A DNA stretch of 64,000 bases, from the NCBI RefSeq assembly GCF_009914755.1, contig NC_060937.1. One strand, written 5' to 3'. Source of the DNA: the human T2T-CHM13v2.0 reference genome, Homo sapiens. The position numbers and the translations under genes are program-made. Shown in pieces: positions 14,859 through 31,045 of the stretch (its first letter is position 1; every line of letters starts with the position of its first letter). The notes under the pieces are model-generated. The model did not search any database and was not told the DNA's origin. It saw only the letters and a list, made by a program, of their open reading frames with translations.

Positions 14859-15309
14859 GGCAGCGCATGCCTGTAATCCCAGCTACTTGGGAGACTGAGG
14901 CAGGAGAATCACTTGAACCCAGAAGGCAGAGGTTGCCATGAGCCAGAGATCGCGCCATTGCACTCCAGCCTGGGCAACAAGAGTGAAACTCCGTCTCAAA
15001 AAAAAAAAAAAAAAAAAAAGCCAGGCGCAGTGGCTCACGCCTGTAATCCCAGCACTTTGGGAGGCCGAGGTGGGGAGGATCACAAGGTCTGGAGTTCGAG
15101 ACCATCCTGGCCAACATGGTGAAACCCTGTCTCTACTAAAAATACAAAAAATGAGCTGGACATGGTGGCACGCGCCTGTAGTCCCAGCTACTCAGGAGGC
15201 TGAGGCAGGAGAATCACTTGAACTGCAGAGGTGGAGCTTGCAGTGAGCCGAGATCGTGCCACTGTACTCCTTCCTGGGCAACTGAGCGAGACTGCGTCTC
15301 AAAAAAAAA
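14859..15309 (+). mobile_element. Alu right arm (14859-15019) followed directly by a full Alu (15020-15309)
   Basis: Two A tails. A shared flanking repeat tagcatttg lies at ~14851 and ~15313. Confidence 0.92.
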
Positions 15310-15748
15310 GTATAGCATTTGCAACTGCAGAAGGTGGTCTAGAAGCAGTGTGACCACCACAGAGGCAGTAGGATTGTCACTGCCCTTGATTTTGCTCACC
15401 ACTCTGCCTCTATTAATGTGACCCAGGCTTGCAGTTACTTTTTAACAGTTGCAGCACATCCTTGACTCACGTCTAGCTGATGGCCAGCCAGATGCCACCC
15501 AGCTCTTCCTCAGATAAACTTCCTGCAACCCCGGAAACACATCTACATACCCCTTTATCCCAAGTCTCTCCTGTCTCCATCACATATTATTTTATTTTAC
15601 TCATGACCCTCATCAGCAGTTGCAGTTATTTAGTTTACTTACTTAGGTTCATTTCCCTCCAGTAGGATATAAGCTCAGGGGAGACAGTGTTTATTTTTCA
15701 TTAAATTTGTAGATCCTAGTTTAGTATTTAGCACATAGTTAGTGCTTA

Positions 15749-15800
15749 GGATGGATGGATGGATGGATGGATGGATGGATGGATGGATGGATGGATGGAT
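15749..15800 (+). repeat. (GGAT)13 tetranucleotide microsatellite at an L2 tail
   Basis: Pure 52-bp run, preceded by L2-like gcacatagttagtgct. Confidence 0.95.
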
Positions 15801-15919
15801 AAAGCCAGATATTCCTCATACTGTAGATATCTAGTTGACCTTTTTTGAGACCTAATATAAAACTTTATGACTTTTTTTTTTATTCTCAAAGAAGAACGAT
15901 TACTTCTATTAAAATTTTA

Positions 15920-16303
<384 letters not shown>

Positions 16304-17285
16304 CTATGTTTTCAGGCTGTATGACCAGTCTGTAGATTGTCAGACCTTGAACTTTAAGCCTCTGATCTACTTACCCTTTTTTCCCAGTGTTATGGTCCCT
16401 GAAAATATATTATTCTTCCAAGTCACTGATAAAAGTCTAGACTTGGAGAAACCCACAGAACACAATCAGAGACAACCTCTTTCAGGTTGACTTTGAGCCT
16501 CTAAGCAAAACTCATTCAAGCAATCATCATGTCTTGAGGGTCCCCTCTGTGCCTGGCACTGTGCCGGGCTTTGGAAATACAATCCTGTTTGGGTACTTGC
16601 AGGCATTGGGAGAGGCAGATAAGGAAGCTGTCAGTTGCAGCCCAGGGAAAGCGCACTGCGATAGTGACAGCAGAGTTTACAGGGTGCTTGGCTGGCATGG
16701 ATAAGGAACTTCTAAATCATACTCAGCAGAAGAGAAAGTTTCCAAGGGGAGGTGCTGTTTGAGCGGAGTCTTGAAGAACAAACAGCCAGACAAAGGGTGT
16801 GAGGAAGGTGATTCTGCATGGGAACACTATGTGGCGGTGGCATGGTGGCTTCAGAGAATGTGCTGGGCTCAAGAATATAAGGTGCTCAGAATGGCCAAAG
16901 CCTACTCTCAGGCATCCCTGAGCCCCGTGACCATGCCACCTGTATTGTCAAGGGTCTAAGTAGATAAAGATATATATAGGCTTCAAGATACACAGTAACT
17001 GTGGCCTTCTCCAGTCTGCCCCCTTAGGCAGCCTATAAGGGAAAAAGCCAGTAGAGTCATTTGGCGTGGCTTATTTTTCTCAAACCCATGCCAACTCTCA
17101 AAACCCATCTCTTCCTTTTTGGAGGGCTTAAAAAACTATTATATGGCCTAAACTTTTGCCTGGCTTACCAGCCCATGCAGCAGGACCTGTATCTTTCCCT
17201 CTTGGGTAAATTGGGACATTTGCTAACAAGCATCTTTTAGAACTCTCCTGGTCTCCAGCAGTTTCCTAGGGATTGAGTATGTTAG

Positions 17286-17614
<329 letters not shown>

Positions 17615-20148
17615 ACCCAGGGCTCTTTCAATGATGCTGACTTAAAGCTTTCTAGTTATAAAGCCATTTTGCTTTTATGGAGAGGTTAGACATGAAATGA
17701 GAGTTGAGCCATCTTACTTTCTCTGTCTTCTATTAACATGCTATCGTGATCCCTAAGCAATGGGCCTCATCTCTTTTTTAATCATAACTAAAAATAATTC
17801 ACCACCACCTTTTTTTTTTCTTGCCAACTTTAGCAATTTTTTTGCAAGCCTCAGCTCAAGTCGGGCACTGTTCTCACAGAAATGTGTCACTCTTCTCAGC
17901 TTGTCCTTGGTACTGTGCCCTTCCTTCTATCTTTGTACTTGTCCTTTTCTAAACAGAACATGTCATGGGAAACACAATAGCTCCTTTAGATCCGTCCCTG
18001 TTGCCACCTCTCTGGAATTAGTCACAATTCATTTCTTCTTGCAGAACCGACTATTCCCTCTAGAGTTTATCCTGTTTTAGGGTCACAGGCCATAAGTGCC
18101 TACCCTTCTTTTCTCTACATTTAAACGAATGTGCGGTCCTCAAGTCTAGCCCATTTGTCAGCTGCTTTGCTTTAGGTAATTAGCTTTCTGGTAGGTGCTG
18201 GGATTGTTGAAGCTCTCATCGGTGGTCTGTCTCACCTCTGTTCCAGCTTTGTAATCTGAAATAGGAAAATCCCCTACATCTCACATCTGCCTGTTTGCAG
18301 CACGCACACCTGCACCTGCACACCTGCCCTGGCCTGCAACACTCAGGCCAAATGCACTGGAGTGTCTTGTAGGATCTCCACATCTCTGCAGACAGATAGA
18401 CCCTTTTCCTATTCCCTTCTATTAGCTCTCCTTTGAACAAGATACACCCCTATGCCAGGCTCAAGTTCCATTTCACCAAGTTCCAGTGGGACCTTGGAGG
18501 TCATATGGCCTTTCTTTGCATTCATGTGGTTGGTTACTCTTATTTTGTATGTTTTTATATAGATGCTAAGGAAAAAGGCGAAATCTTCTAATATTAATAA
18601 AGATGTTGATCATTGATGTGAGTCTCTTGAAAGTCTCACTTGCTTTCATTACCTTACTCTATTAACCCACTTTTCTCATTGGTGATTGGTTGGGCAAAGT
18701 GCTCTTTTTAGAAATAGTGCCAGTGTACCTAGGGTAAATAAATATTCAGGTCAGGCAGACAGTAATGAATGCACATTTTATCTGTTTTTCTGGCTGTCTT
18801 CTGGGAAAGAGTTAGGACTGGTAAGAAGCTGGCATTTAAGTATGTGCTCACTTATTGGTCACCCTTTCTCTGTTTTATGTGGAAAAACAGGTTAACAAGC
18901 CTGTAAAAAGTCTACAGGACCCCTTTCTTATAGACAGTTGTGGGTCACTGCCATCACTTGCCTCCTGCTTCTCAGCTTCTCTCCTGTGGCTTCCTCCTCC
19001 TCTGCATGTGCCTTTCATGCCTGCCATCCTAGTAAGAGCAAGATAATGAAAAGGAAGGAATGAGGACTGGGAGAGTAGTGAGGGGACACAGTCCAGGCAC
19101 CCAGAGACCCCTGGCATAAACACGCACTCAGGGAATGCCACCCCTCACTGCAAAGCCAGATGGGAGCAACAGACCTCCCGGGGCTGCCCCACGCCCCCCA
19201 GATCTGAGCGCACCCAAGCCCTGTTCTGTCTTAGGCACTTGGTGGAAACCTCTAATACATTGCCCTGGTGAGAGGGAGTTTGGGGAGGTTATCTAAATAC
19301 ATCCTTTTCAGAATAAGCAAATTTCTACTTTCCATGATTGCAAAAGTTGTCTTAGGCAAGGGACTGCTTTGAAAACTGACCAACTGGCACTCAGAATAGG
19401 AGGCCTCTGAAGGGAGGATAGTTTCAGGATCTGCCAGATGTCAGTTTTGAGCCTAGATTCACTTTTGTCAGCTGAATGACCTTGGACAAGGTATTTACTC
19501 TTGGTATTGATTCCCTTATCAAGAAAATGGGGATAATGAGCAGCCCTCCCAAGGTGTCCTGGCATTGAGCAGCTCTGGGGATCTAAGTACAGGCCCATAG
19601 CAAGCCCAAAGCCTGCAGCTACAGTCACCACCACCTCTGTCCTTGTAGCCCTCATGGGAAACAGGGGCACCACGGGACCATCGGTTGTGCTGTGGGGTGC
19701 TTCAACTCCCACATGCCTTTCATCCTTCCCGGCTGCATGTTCAGTTGCAGACTCGACCTCTCACACTGGTCTCAATCTATCAGCAAGCCATGAGCCCTGC
19801 CTCTTCACTCCACGGATGAGTGGGAGCAGTGTAAGTGATAACACTTTGGATGCATGAGGCTGTTTTCCCATGTGATAAAGCGTCAAGTCTTCCCCACAGA
19901 GGGAGAAGGAACACCAATATGCAGACCACAATCAATGAACAGCAGTTTGTCCTTTAATTTGAATGTCAGGAAAAAAAAAATGTGAGTTTCATTTCCTTAA
20001 AGCAACCCCAATCCACCACTCTTTTGCTGTAAAAGTTATCTTTATGAGATACAAAAGCTTTGGGAATAGTATATTCTTCTGAGACACGGTATTATCCAAT
20101 TAGAACATCTCAGGGCTGTATCTTGTTTCATTTTGTTTAATTTGATAA

Positions 20149-20447
<299 letters not shown>

Positions 20448-21984
20448 GCTTTGTTAATATATAGATTATTTAAGAAATCAAAAATCCATTTCTTAATCAA
20501 TACCTGTTATGGGTCTGCTCAGATTATTAACCCAAATAGGCCAGAAACTTCTTGTCAAACCTTAGCCTGGGATTTTGTTTTGCTTGAGTCTGTTTAACTG
20601 GCTGGATTTGCCTCTACTTGATCTACTAGGACCCAGATCCACATCGAAGGCCAAGGGATTTCAGTGCCCTCATAAGAGACTTTGCCCTTTTTTTCTCTCC
20701 CCTTTTAATACAAGTATTATCTTCCATTTCTGCAGGCAGTGGGGCCTCTTTCCAGATAAGCAGCTCATCCTGGCTCTGCCAGTCCTGGGTTTTGAAACCT
20801 GCCTCTTTGGAGAGCTGTTTGAAAGCTTCTGAAGAATGCTTGCTTTTATCTCAAGACTCAGAGGCAAGCATTAGCTGGAATGTCTGTCTGAGACCGTTCC
20901 CCACAAAGATACTGTCACACAGATAGGTCAACTGCTATCTTCTCAAGGCACTTGCAGACTTGACATGCTTCCCCAGCCCATTCATGGACCTAGTCACTGC
21001 TGTTTGTGCCCAGAGCCCTCTCCTCTGGGCGTTTTCTTTCCCTTTTGTCCCCAGCTCTTGTATGAGCCTTACTGAGAAGGACTCCCGGGCTATACCAATG
21101 CTTAGTGGGAAAGTGGGCTGCAGTTGATTGGTAATGTCTGTCCTGAACACAATATGGCTGGCAGGGCCACGTTCTCATCTTTGCTGTCCTTAGCCTAAAC
21201 TTTTTATAAGGTTATTGCCACGGTATTCACAAGACAGCTGTCTTCGGCATTTCCAGCTTTCCTCTTTGACCAGAATGCCTCCTGGACTTGGTGAAATGAG
21301 GTCTTTTCCTTAATATGCTACCTGTTTGGATAATTTTATTTAGAGTCAGCCTATACATGTTTCTTGTGGTCTCACAGTATTATTTACCTTTTCTGAGCTC
21401 TGGGTGTGATACCCTACATTGACAGGATGCAGCAATCTGAGATGCCACTCTTTGCAATACGGTTGTATTTCTCTCTGTCCTGATGTCTCAGTGATAATTT
21501 CAGGCAGCATCAATGGAGTCACCATCTAATTCCCATCATCCTTTGACTCTCAGAGGGAAACTCTTAAATACCAGCCATGCCCCAGTTCCATCCCTCAGAC
21601 TATTTCTCCCTCATGTATTCCTAATTTCAATTTTATTTCTCTACTCTTTCTCTGGCCAACCCTGATATTCATTTCCTAATTAGAGATTATGAGAATTTTA
21701 ATGGTGACCAAAGCCTGGCTATTCTTGAAACTGACAAACGTTTATTCCCATCAAAGGGAAACCTCTGGGGTAACAGGATTAACTAGTGACTGTTATTTTC
21801 TTCACTGTTTCCTATAGTTTCCAAATTTGTCAATCAGCATATATTACTTTTATAAGCAGAAAAAAATGTGTTTAAAAAAAATCTAGACTAGTGGTTTTTG
21901 GTCTTTTTTTTTTTTAAGCTGCAGAACTTTGTTCAAATCTTAGAGGGAAATAAATGAAACAGCAGCTGTTCTGGTTGAAGTGAA

Positions 21985-22160
21985 GTCTGTGTATGTTTCT
22001 GTTTGCATTTGTGTGTGTGTGTTTGTATATGTGGGTTTTTTTGTGTGTTTGTTTCCATGTATGTGTATTTGTGAATGTGTATGTGTTAGTGTGTTCATGA
22101 ATGTGTGTGTATGTATATGCATGCATATGCATGCTTGCATGTCTGTGTGTATGTACAGTA
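21985..22160 (+). repeat. Degenerate (TG)n/TGTA low-complexity tract containing three TGCATG motifs
   Basis: TG-rich run. TGCATG at 22118, 22128 and 22136. Confidence 0.9.
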
Positions 22161-22989
22161 TATCTCCCTATGTTGCTGGATATTATGACTTTCTCATCGC
22201 CAGAGGGGAGCACACATCTAGACTCTCTTTGCCCATCAAATAGGAAATTGTGCCTGGCTCCAGGGCTGGCCTCTGTTATTGCAGAGTTAATGCCTTTCAA
22301 CAAAGAGCCTGTGAGGTTTATCAGGCACCATCCGTTGGGAGTCGCTCTGCCATTTCTGTGCAGGGACATTCCTTTCGTCTGTCAGTTAACAGGCGGCACT
22401 TTCCCCCTGTATTCTCCAGGGCCTCTGCCTGCTGCGGGTTGGGGGAGGGGAGTGAGATCATGTCACAGACAGGTCCTTTTTCAGGACAGCCTTTTCAGAA
22501 CAGATGTGAAGAAGTGATTCTCTGAGATGTCCTTGGCAGGGCCTGAATCCTCCCATTCTCCCAGCCTTGTGTTTTGGATGGTCCAGGTCTCTCCCTGTAT
22601 GAATGTGCTGGAGGCCTCTCCATTTCTGGAAGGGCCACACCCAAACTTTCCCCAGGACTGGCTGTTCTGTTAAGGATGGTGAGGAAGAAGAAAAGTACAA
22701 GTCATACACATGCCAGGGACATATGGGAGGCCAAAGAGACACTCTTTTCAGTGCTCTCTCCTCCCACTCCCTGTGTGGCCACAAGTTTTGTGGCAAAATG
22801 TCTTTGAGCCCAAAGGTTGAGGAGCCAGAATGAAGCCTTTTGCAACAACTAAGAAACGTTTCTTTGTGAAATGTTAGGTGCTCTCTGAAATCTTTTGGGG
22901 ACACAAAATTTGAGGAAGGTCTGTATTTTGTGGCGTATTGGGTGAAAGCCACCACATTAGCATGTGCACATGCCATAGGGAGGAAGTTA

Positions 22990-23250
22990 ACATGGTTGCT
23001 AAGAGCTACAACTTCAGGGCCAGACTTTGTGTATTTGAAACCACCTACTAGCTATGTAGCCTTGTCTAAGATACTTACACCGACTCTAAGACTCAGTTCT
23101 TCTCTTCTTAAAAGAGGATGGTACTGGTTCCTAACTCCTGAGACTCTCAGGACTATTAATCCTGAGGATTAACTGAGACAATGCATGTGGAATGTTTAGT
23201 GGAGTGACAGTATTGGCTTTATAAGTGTTTGCTGTTCTTGTAATTATGTT
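22990..23250 (+). mobile_element. MIR
   Basis: ccacctactagctatgtagccttg...gaggattaactgagacaatgcatgtg. Confidence 0.6.
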
Positions 23251-23599
23251 TATGGTCTTGCTCACCCTGCCTTCCCAACTCTCCACCTCCCTGGGAAGGT
23301 CCTTACTAAAGCTCTGAATGCTTAAGAGGGAAGAAATAAAATTTTGCCCATTTTCGTAGCTTTGCTTTTTGATGGTGAGAAAATTTGTAGTGGGTGAGCA
23401 TAGCACTGAGATATTGAGGAACCTCCATGAGCCGAGACCAGCAGCCCCCCTGGATAGATAAAGGATAGGGTTTGTAAACCAGAGAGTCAGTGGTGTCACC
23501 TCTGCAGGGATAGCTAGAACCTCTCTAAGTCTAGAAAGAATTCTTTATAAACTAGCCCATGAGGGTGAGAAAGATCTGTTCATACAACTGTTTTGGCTA

Positions 23600-23820
23600 C
23601 CATTTATTGAGGACTGACTACTTGTAATGCCAGGCTCTACACATACATCTCCTCCTCTGGTCACACAGTCCCTGCAAAGATGCCATTACACTCATTTTTC
23701 CAAATCACGAAACTGAGGCTCATAGAGGAATTTGGCCAATGTCCCATAGCTAAAAAGTGAGAGAGATAGTCCCCTAACCTACTTCTTTCAGACTCTAAAA
23801 CCCATCTGTTTTCCATTACC
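23600..23820 (-). mobile_element. MIR
   Basis: catttattga...aaactgaggctcatagagg...gactctaaaaccc. Confidence 0.6.
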
Positions 23821-25393
23821 CTGCATTCCCTCTTACTGTTTCCCTAGAAGTTGTATGGAGCAAAAGTTTTCCACCAATTTAGGCCTTTAGCATATGACTG
23901 TGTATTGAAAAAAGCTCCTGCTAAAACATCCCCTATTTTTCCTGCCAGAAAAAGTGTGTTTTCCAGAGGTTCCTGATGTGCAGCCATCCTGGGTCTTGCT
24001 CCCAGATGGAGAAAGACTTGACCCAGCCACAGGCTGCCTCTTGGTTGGGCCACCGGTGTCCCCACCCACCCGCCCTGGACACTTGCTCCAGGACAGACTT
24101 GAATTCGCCATATTTGCAGGTCAACCACATAAATTGGCCTCTCCTGGAGACTGCCAGAACTTTCTCAAAGTTGTAACATCCAGAGGGAGTCACCCCACCC
24201 CCAAGACCGGCAACTGAGATGTTTAAAGGAACTGGCTGGCCCTGAAGGAAAGACTGAGGCCATTCATCTGCTCTGGAGTTCATCCTCGGGATCTGAGATG
24301 CACAGCCTGAAGACATCTCATCAGCCATCAGCTCCCTTAAGGTGACCTGTAGCCTCCTTTGTGCCCTGGGGGCATTTGGGATTGTGTAGAGGCTCTCTCT
24401 CAGAAGCATCTTTCTGTTATTTTAATGCGGATAGAAAGCTTTACATTCTTTGCTAATAACATCTGGGTTTTAATAGCGCCTCCTTGCCCTGCCTGTCTCC
24501 GGCATCTCTCTTTTTTCCCTCTTCTCCATCTCTAGAGAAGCCACCAGAAAATGGCATCTTGCTTTTGACTTTCTTTGTGCTGATTCTTTTAGAGAACTTA
24601 GTGATCCACTTTGCAATGTCTTGTCTCCTAACATTTCAGCTTGTTTCTCAGAGGGCCTGTACTTTGCTTTCTACCAGCTCTTTCATCATTTTCATTTTCT
24701 TTAATGAAAAATAAGCAAAACTGTATGATTTCTAGGTTGTCTTCTTCTCCTAAAGGATATTCTTCTTCCGGCCTCTCTTAATCTCTCTTCTCAGCAACTC
24801 CCTTGATCTCTTTTATCATCAATTTATTGTCAATAAAAGTGGCTTTAGGAAGCCTCCTGTTACCTGGCAGGGTTCCAGCTTTCTGACACTTTCCTATGGG
24901 ACCCACTTGTTATGTCATCCCTGTGTCCTTCTGGCACTCCCTCTTAGCTGGGGAGGGTCAGTCCCCAGGGTGAGAGTCGGTTGGGATGGCCCATTATCAG
25001 GCCTTTAGGAGTTTATAGTCTTGTACTTCCCCTTCGAAGACTGAGCTTTAGAGACATTTGGATCTAAAGGCAGCCATTTGATGCTGACTCTTTGGGTTTG
25101 CAAAGTAGTCATTTGAGGTTTTTAAAATGTAATTTCCTCTGTGCTCTTTGCAATCGTTCACTTTTCAGTAATTCAATAATATTTACAGAGGACCTACTTT
25201 GTGCCATACCTGGTCGCTGTTATCCTGGAGCTTATAGTCTAATGGCAAAGAAAGATGAGTTAATCAAGTAATCACACCAAAACACTTTCAATTCAGCCAT
25301 GAAACTGTACAATTTCAGCCATGAAACAATGTAAAGGAGAGGCACATGGGGCTATGAAATCATACAATGCAAAGGACTGGTGTACTCTCAGGT

Positions 25394-25990
<597 letters not shown>

Positions 25991-27839
25991 CCCTGTGGTG
26001 AGAGCAGGAGAGCAGGGAGCTTTTGAAAACATGAGGGAGTACCCCAAGCAAGGAGAAGAGTGATACAAGGTGAGTCTGACAGGTCTGGACAGGGACCATG
26101 ATGTGCAGGTCATGAAGGCCTCATCAGGGATTGGGCAACGGGAAGCTTTTGATGTGCAGTAAACACGGGAGTGACAATATATTATTTGCTTTTATTGAAA
26201 GGATAATTCTAGCTACAGTATGGAGAAAGGATGGAAGAAGAGCAAGAGTCGAGCACTGGGAGGGCCTCACTGGGGTCTTGGGGAGGATGATGGTAACTTG
26301 GACTAGGGTGGCTTCTGAGGAATGGAAAGAAGGGTGCATAATCACAAGATTCCCAGGTAAAATCCACAGGTCTTGGTTATCAATTGGAGGTGTCAGGAAG
26401 GACTGTGGTGTTTTGAGTCTACATCCAAGATGGAAGATAATGATGCCAGTTTTAGCAGTGGGACGAGATCATGAGAAGGTCCTGTTGAGTCCGAGGTACC
26501 TCTGAGCCACCCAGCTGTAGATATCAACTAGATAGTGGAAGGTGTGCTGGAGCTCAGAGAAGTCAGGGCTGGAGATACACATTTGTGCATCATCAACAGC
26601 TAGGTGGCAATTCAAACTGTGGGCTGGGAGGCATTGCCTAAGAAGAAAGAACGTAAGGAGAAGAAAGCCAGTGACGTTCATTGCAGAATGTCAGCGCTTA
26701 TGTTTAATGGTCAAGTGGATTGTTTCCTCTAAAACAAGTTTAGAGGAAAGATCCAAGAGAAGGAGGAAAATTAGAACCTAGAAGACCATGGTTTCACAGA
26801 GGCCAAGGGAAGGGTTTCAAGCAGGAAGTGCCCAGCGGGGGTGAGCAGGGGGTAAGGCAAAAGAAGGTGGAAGAATGCCTGTTACACTAAGCGACTCAAA
26901 AGTCATTTGTGACTTTAGCAAAAGATATTCAATGGAGGGAAGAGAGCAGAAGCTAAAATGAGGTGGACTGACATGAGAATAGCAGGTAAGAGAGTGCAGA
27001 AAGTGAGCATAGACAGCTCTTTAGAAATGGTTGTGAAGAGGAAGAGAGGGCCCTGTGGATGGAGATGTGGAGTCAGGCAGATAGCTCTGGTGTATTTGAT
27101 TTTTCAGTGGGAGTGCTCCTAGCATGTTAAAGCCTAAAGACTTTGTTGAAAGGGGTGCTGAAAAAAGAGAAATGGTATCATCTAAGGTTACCAAGGGCCA
27201 GGATCCTTGACACAGGTAGGAGGATGCAGAGCCTTCGTGGGTCTGGTAGCTCCTGCTCTCCCCTGGACTTTTCTGAACCTCTGGGACCTGCCCACGCCCT
27301 GATCGCCTGCCCTGGAACGCCTGCTGTCCCTCCCTTTCTTGGCATCTCTCCTCCCCGCTGTCTCGCCTGCCCACAGTTCCTCTCCTGCAGCCTGTTCTGC
27401 TGTTTTCTCAGCTTTGTTCACCCACTGTTAAGTTATTAACTTGTCAGGGTCTAGACTCCCCGCTTCCTTTCCCTCTTTTGAACTCACTGCTGGCTCCCTT
27501 CCCATTTGCCGCCTCAGAAAGTCAGCATTTGGAAGGCTGAGGTTACTCTGCAGGTCAGTATTGGCAGGTACACAGAATTACAGTTAATATAATTAGAATG
27601 TGTAAGTTTTCTTAAAGACAATGATACAACTGAAAAAGAAATAATAAACACAGTCATCTCTCTGTTATCTTGTGGAGGTAAATGGTGAACTTAAAAAAAT
27701 AGACTTTATTCAAAGTAGTGTCTCCAAGAAGGTTCATCTGTGAACATGTTAAGGATCGCTGGACTCTTATATGTTAATTCATGGATTCAATTATGATCAG
27801 GAATGATCCTCAGTTTTTAAAGCAAACTCAAAGAACTAG

Positions 27840-28198
<359 letters not shown>

Positions 28199-28599
28199 TC
28201 TTAGATTCTTTAAAGAGATTTGTAACAGTTCCTTCAAAAAGAATTGCATGGTTTCTTATTATTACCTCGAACTTTTGAAGTTATGAATTAACTTAATATG
28301 GGGGCTACATGGACTAAGACACAGATGGTTTCCTATTTGTTGACTTACATCCTGCTGATAAGTTTTTGTCTAAGGGCAAGAGTAAGCGAGAAGTAATATT
28401 TTTGAGCATCTACTTATGTCATCGTATTTATTCCTTGCCATCCTTTGAGGTACCTATTATCCACAGTTTTATAGGTAGAGAAAGCAGGGCTCAGAACTGT
28501 GTAGTAATTTCCCAAAGTTCACAGCTTTGTAGGCTGGCAGATAGTGCTAAGCACTGGTCTGCATGCTGGGACAGGGAGAAGCAGCAGTTGTTGTAGTCA

Positions 28600-28825
28600 T
28601 AGTAACAGTGATGATAGCAGTAGCTACCAGGCAGTGAGTCCTCCATGTGTGAGGACCCTTCCTATATGTCATATGGTTTAATCCCTGTGACAGCCCTGCA
28701 AAGGCCATGATCCTCATTTTACAGAACAGGAAGCAGCCTCTAAGAGATTAATTATTTGTCCAGTCACACAGCTTTTCAGCAAAGAGCTGATATTCAACCC
28801 AATTCCATCTGATCCTAACTTTCTG
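28600..28825 (-). mobile_element. MIR
   Basis: tcctcattttacagaacaggaagcagcctctaagagattaattatttgtccagtcacacagct. Confidence 0.65.
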
Positions 28826-29096
28826 CTCTAAAGTCAACTTGTTCGTCAGGATTAGCGATAGTTCCCTGATCACAAGAACAAAGTCTGAGGCATGGTAGAA
28901 GTAATCTTTTTTTTCCTAATGTTGAATATACAGCTGCCTCCTGACATTCCTATTGAGCCAGAATACAGAATGTTTATTTAATTTTTACTCCTTGTGAGCC
29001 TTGGTGGGGAGGAAAGAAACATCAGATATTTCTGCAAGCTTATAAATTGTTGTAGGGTACTTTCTCTTCCAACTGCTCCTGTTAAGACCCACCCAA

Positions 29097-29451
<355 letters not shown>

Positions 29452-31045
29452 TTAAATATCACAAGTTGTTGGACCAACACCTTCACCATATCTACAGATG
29501 AGTCCCTGACACTCACATGGAGCTGATTGACTCTGATTTGACTCATAATTCTAACAGTTTCTGTTTTCAGCTTAGTCTACGGCAACAAAATAATAGTACA
29601 GGACCCACTGCAGATTGGTGTAGTAATACAAGAGATGTGACCAGAGATGAGAAGAAAGAGACCCAAAAAATGATCAGAAGCAGAAATGGGAGCCCAGAAG
29701 TGCAGCTGACCAGAAGCATTTCAGTGTCAGATCACACGCAGCCTCCTCTGTAATGAGATCACAGCACGTCTCATCAGTTACTGGTTTTCATTATGGTGAC
29801 ACTGAACACTCATGAAAAGTTAGCATTGAAATATGTTGGTATCTCCAATTTAGAAAGGTAGTGATGATGGGTACAGTGTTTTTACGGGGAAAAAAAGCCA
29901 AAAAATGCATTCATGTTTGTCTACTCTTAAAACCCAGCTGTCCAAGAACGATTCCCCAAGGCCCTGTCCATCATTTCTCTTTCTATCCTTGAAGCGCAGT
30001 GTCTGACACATAGGATGTGCTCATTGATGCCAGATGATGAAACTTGAATGGCTGGTTTCCTAGGGTTCTGGATAACTCTGTTTTACCGTGGATCCTGGAT
30101 GTATTCCAGGATGACTTTAAGAAGGCGAGAAGGGGTAAGACCCCTGAGAGCTCAGTGTTTATTCTGTTTTTACACATGGTTAGATGAGATGATACCCACC
30201 CTCCTTCAAAAAAAAAAAAAAAAAGCCATTCAATACATGGTAGTTACTCTTATCATTACCATCATCTTTGTCAACACTGACCACGGTTGCTCACTGGGGA
30301 AGATGTGAAAAAGAAGTTGGGATCTTCCGCTCCTGGGACACATTTGAAACCCAATAGCTGGAAGCAGGCTGAAGCTATGTAACCAGCTCTCATCCACATG
30401 GGCAAGGGTCCCAGGAGTTCTCTGTGGGCTTACAAGCTACCCACCCCCTTGACAACTCCAGTTATTAAAGGTTGAGCCCTGAATAAATAAGTGCCGCTCT
30501 CCATAAGAGACAGCCGCCTTTCAGAGAGTTCCAAGCAGCTGGAAGATACTCACGCATGGAGGGTTCTAGGCAGACAGAGGCCGGGCCCCGTGGGCTGCTC
30601 CGAGCACCTGGTCGGCCTTCCCAGCACAGGGCTCATTGTTTTACAGGTCACAGCCATTTTGAAAAGGCAGACTCACTGACCTGTTTAATGAGTGCAGTTT
30701 CTGCACGAAAGCCCATATCCCTCTCCCAGGCAGCCCCAGAACTTTGCTGGGGAAGGGGGCCAAATCTCTTCTCAGTGCCTGAGGGATTTCTGGCCTTAAC
30801 TGCTGGTGGAATTAGCAGGAGTTATCTATAAATCCCTGAGGCATCCATCAGCCGACTGAGCGAGGCTGCCTTTTTAAAGAAGTTCACTGACCTCTTGTTA
30901 ACTTAACTCCTTGTTAGGAAATATCTAATCAGCTGTGAGCTAACACGTCAGGGCCCAGGGGTCTGCAGAAGCCGGGCTCACTGTGGGCTGGGTTTCCAGC
31001 TGTGTGCAGTCTGGTGTCTGAGCTGTGGTGTTTTCCTCTTTTCAG

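Noticed and set aside
21914-22517. ORFs of 66-151 aa rich in H/T or C/V
   Set aside because: Products of the TG low-complexity tract.
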